Positions 60,901 through 64,000 of a DNA stretch of 64,000 nt are shown one piece after another; within the stretch, counting starts at the first letter, position 1, and the number at the start of each line of letters is the position of its first letter. The notes under the pieces are model-generated. The model was given only the letters and a program-made list of their open reading frames with translations. It was not told the origin of the DNA and ran no database searches. Position numbers and translations under genes: made by a program. The DNA is from the human T2T-CHM13v2.0 reference genome, Homo sapiens: the NCBI GenBank assembly GCA_009914755.4, contig CP086569.2:22080001-22144000 (forward strand), written 5' to 3'.

Positions 60901-63192
60901 TAGACAATCACTCTTTGAACATATTATCTGGGATGGAACAAGGAGTAGAACAGAAAGTAAAGGAAAACTCCATATGCTGGGAGAGATTAGAAGGTCAGGC
61001 AGCCTATGTGGCCAGGACCAGCCAAAACCTGGGAATAAATACTCTATATAGAAGATAGGTGAGTATCTTTTGGCAGCCTACTTTTTAGTTGGATCTTAAA
61101 GTACAGACCATATGACAGCACCGTGATTCCGTCAGCCCCTGAATTTAACTTGAGAAGTCACTGGGAGACAGTGAGTAAAAACTTCTCTGAAAAGCATAAC
61201 ATACTTAGTGACTTGGGTAAGATGCCATTCTTGATCCTAGCAAATTGTGGCTGGTTTTGGGAGCTAGCAACAGCAGCACCTCTTGGCATCAGAAAAACTT
61301 AAGCTGTATATAATGCAATGGGACTCAAGTGGGAAATATGATCCCACAGCCGGAACTAATAAAAAATATGGAGTGGGTTCTAGCCTCTAGCACTATACCT
61401 GGCCTTCCTCCAATTCCACGAGTTGAGCAAAAGAAGAGCTCTTAAGGATGTTTGATGAGTTACCAGCTAATGTCTCCTATGACCCAGGCTATGATGGTGT
61501 ACATCAGCAAACTGCAGTGACTAAATAAATATCCACAATCTTGTCACAGTTGGCTTAGAGGGAATGAAGTCTGCTGGGACTGGGAGGTGAGAAGAAAGCA
61601 GGTTCCATTTCACCAACAAATACTTTGGTGCTGGAAATGCATGCTTTTGTTTGTGATGAGAGCTCAGCCTAGGAGTAGTTGCCTATTGCCCAGACATTTT
61701 GACAGAACAATGAGGACTCTTTCATTTTTAACATCAGGGCTCGTGCCTGCACCTGCCTTTGAGGCCTGATTGCAGGATTTACTAGTCCAGCTATGGATAG
61801 CTTTACCACATTCTCTGAGACACAGTGTGGGATCCAGGCCACTGGTCATTCCACAGCTGAATTCACCCACTGAAATATCCATGCACTTTTCTCAGAGAAC
61901 AGTTGATAGACAAAATCTTACTGTTGTAGTTTTGCCAGTGTAACAAGATGAAGCAGTTTCTCGTTTGTGATGACATCTGGAGTTTTTTGTTCTACCCTCA
62001 AGAAAATTAAGGAGTGCAGAACAGTATAGTGAGGTTGGAGCAAAAGTTAAATAAGTGAAATAAGAAAGTTCTCTGCCAGAAGAGAGGGATTCTTGAATGA
62101 GTTACTCCACATGAGGCTGAGGTTTAGGAATTTTATGAACTGGGAAGGGGAAGGAGGAATGTGCTTAGTCTGCAAGCTGTCCTGGATAGTGCTGACTTAG
62201 CTTGGCCTGGGACCAGTTAAAAACTTGGCCAAAGACCTTGGCCCAGGACAAATCAGAGGCTGAACTGATGATTTATAGACTCTGTTTAGCTTGGCCAGGG
62301 ATCTATTTAGAAGCTGAAGTGAAAGCTTAACCCAGGACCTTGGACCAGAGCCAATCTTAATCCAGAACTTGGGCCAGGGGCTGAAGTGATGCTTTACAGA
62401 GTCTGGGCTCACACTTTGCACAAGAAAGCAAACTATCCATTGAAACCCACTGGAGCCCACTGTGTTTATGATCACAAAATGAGAAAAAACTTCCTGGGAA
62501 CCTACAGATTATACAAAGGATAATGGCATTCTTATGTTAGGTCTTATTTCCTTATCTGAGTGAACAAGAGGTTTGTACAAATTTTTATCTGAATGGGCTG
62601 GGATTTACCGTATTTGTGCAGCCATGGGCATGTCTCCAGGTACAACAGCCTGTGATAGTTTCCTTATGATGCCTGCAGCTTGATTTTTTTTCCAGCCTGC
62701 TTTGTTTCTTGCATGGGGATGAGGAACTGACCCATGGGTTGGGGACTGTCCAGAGTCTCTTCCCTTGTTACCTACCTAAGGCAAACTAACAGTCTCCTTT
62801 CATTACCACCATATTAGCAGCTGGCTCTTGTCTTCAATCATTACTTATTGCACTTGAGGCCAGCCCACAAAGCCCACTGTAAAAATTGCTAACACAAGAG
62901 TACAGAATGTGGGAAAAAGGAGAGCTTCTCAAGTCACTGGTAGCACTCTTGCCTGGTCACTCCAACTAATAAAAGGGTTTTACCCAACTCATCCACCAGC
63001 CAAATTGATACTACAACTAGGATTTCACCACATGACAACATTCCACTGAACCACAAATAAAAAGATTGAGAATAAAAAAAATCAACTAGAAAAAAAATTA
63101 AGCATATAATGAAGATAAAACCTCACATATCAATATTAACCTTGAATGCATAATCGCTAAATATTTATAATCCAATTAATAGCTCTATTTGG

Positions 63193-63460
<268 letters not shown>

Positions 63461-63470
63461 ATACTGTATT

Positions 63471-63770
63471 TGGTCAGGCACAGTAGCTCACACCTATACT
63501 TCTGGCATGTTAGGGAGGCCAAGGTGGATGGATCACTTTAGTCAAGGAGTTTTAGATGAGCCTGGACAACATGGTGAAAACCCATCTCTACAAATAAAAT
63601 GCAAAAATTAGCAGGGCATCATGGCATGTTCTTGTAGTCCCAGCTAATAAATAGGCCGAGGTGGAAGGATGGCTTGAGCTCCTGAGACACAGGTTGTAAT
63701 GACTAAATAAATATCACACAACAACACTCCTGATTGGGCAACAGTGCCAGACCCTTCTTCAAAAAAAAAA
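63471..63770 (+). mobile_element. Old Alu (AluJ-like, plus)
   Basis: ggtcaggcacagtagctcacacctatacttctggcatgttagggaggccaaggtggatggatcactt… with a poly-A tail. Confidence 0.8.
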
Positions 63771-63808
63771 TATATATACACACACACATACACACACACA
63801 TATATATT
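63771..63808. repeat. (TA)n(CA)n microsatellite
   Basis: tatatatacacacacacatacacacacacatatatattt. Confidence 0.85.
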
Positions 63809-64000
63809 TGAAAAAGTGAATAAAAAATGTTCACTGCCTACAAGAAATTCAGCTTCCCTCTAAAGACAAATATAAACTAAATGTATACAAACAGAGAAAG
63901 ATAATCCAAAAAACCTATAAAACAAAAGTTAGCAGAAGTGGCCACACTTAAATGAGAGAAAATTCTTTGAACTTAAAAGTAATCCAAAAAACCTATAAAA

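Overview
This 64-kb window is primate, almost certainly human, intergenic or intronic DNA. It is AT-rich and dominated by interspersed repeats. It contains no prokaryotic-style operons, no CRISPR array, no rRNA or tRNA genes, and I cannot support any intact protein-coding gene. I identify about 25 Alu elements in both orientations, ancient L1M fragments in sense orientation in the first 16 kb, and a 5'-truncated L1PA-like ORF2 fragment at 4570-7207. From about 19 kb to 57 kb there is a long run of antisense L1 fragments.

Three items stand out:
- A structurally complete class I (gammaretrovirus-like) endogenous retrovirus provirus lies on the minus strand at 35476-45246. It has two LTRs of about 480 bp, a perfect 4-bp target-site duplication (CATT), a tRNA-Pro-type primer-binding site and a polypurine tract. 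Its gag, pro, pol and env regions are recognisable but frameshifted and stop-ridden. The provirus sits inside ORF1 of an antisense full-length older L1, and a later Alu has inserted into its 5' LTR.
- A related solo LTR with a GAAC target-site duplication lies at 9168-9678.
- A 5'-truncated, intronless, frameshifted copy of neurofilament light chain (NEFL) lies on the minus strand at about 16065-17428. It is a processed pseudogene.

I found no novel or undescribed biological system. The most notable features are the layered transposon history (L1, then ERV, then Alu; and Alu into Alu), the NEFL retrocopy, and a 38-bp palindrome inside L1-derived sequence. All repeat boundaries and family names are by-eye estimates. 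They should be confirmed with RepeatMasker/Dfam and BLAT.
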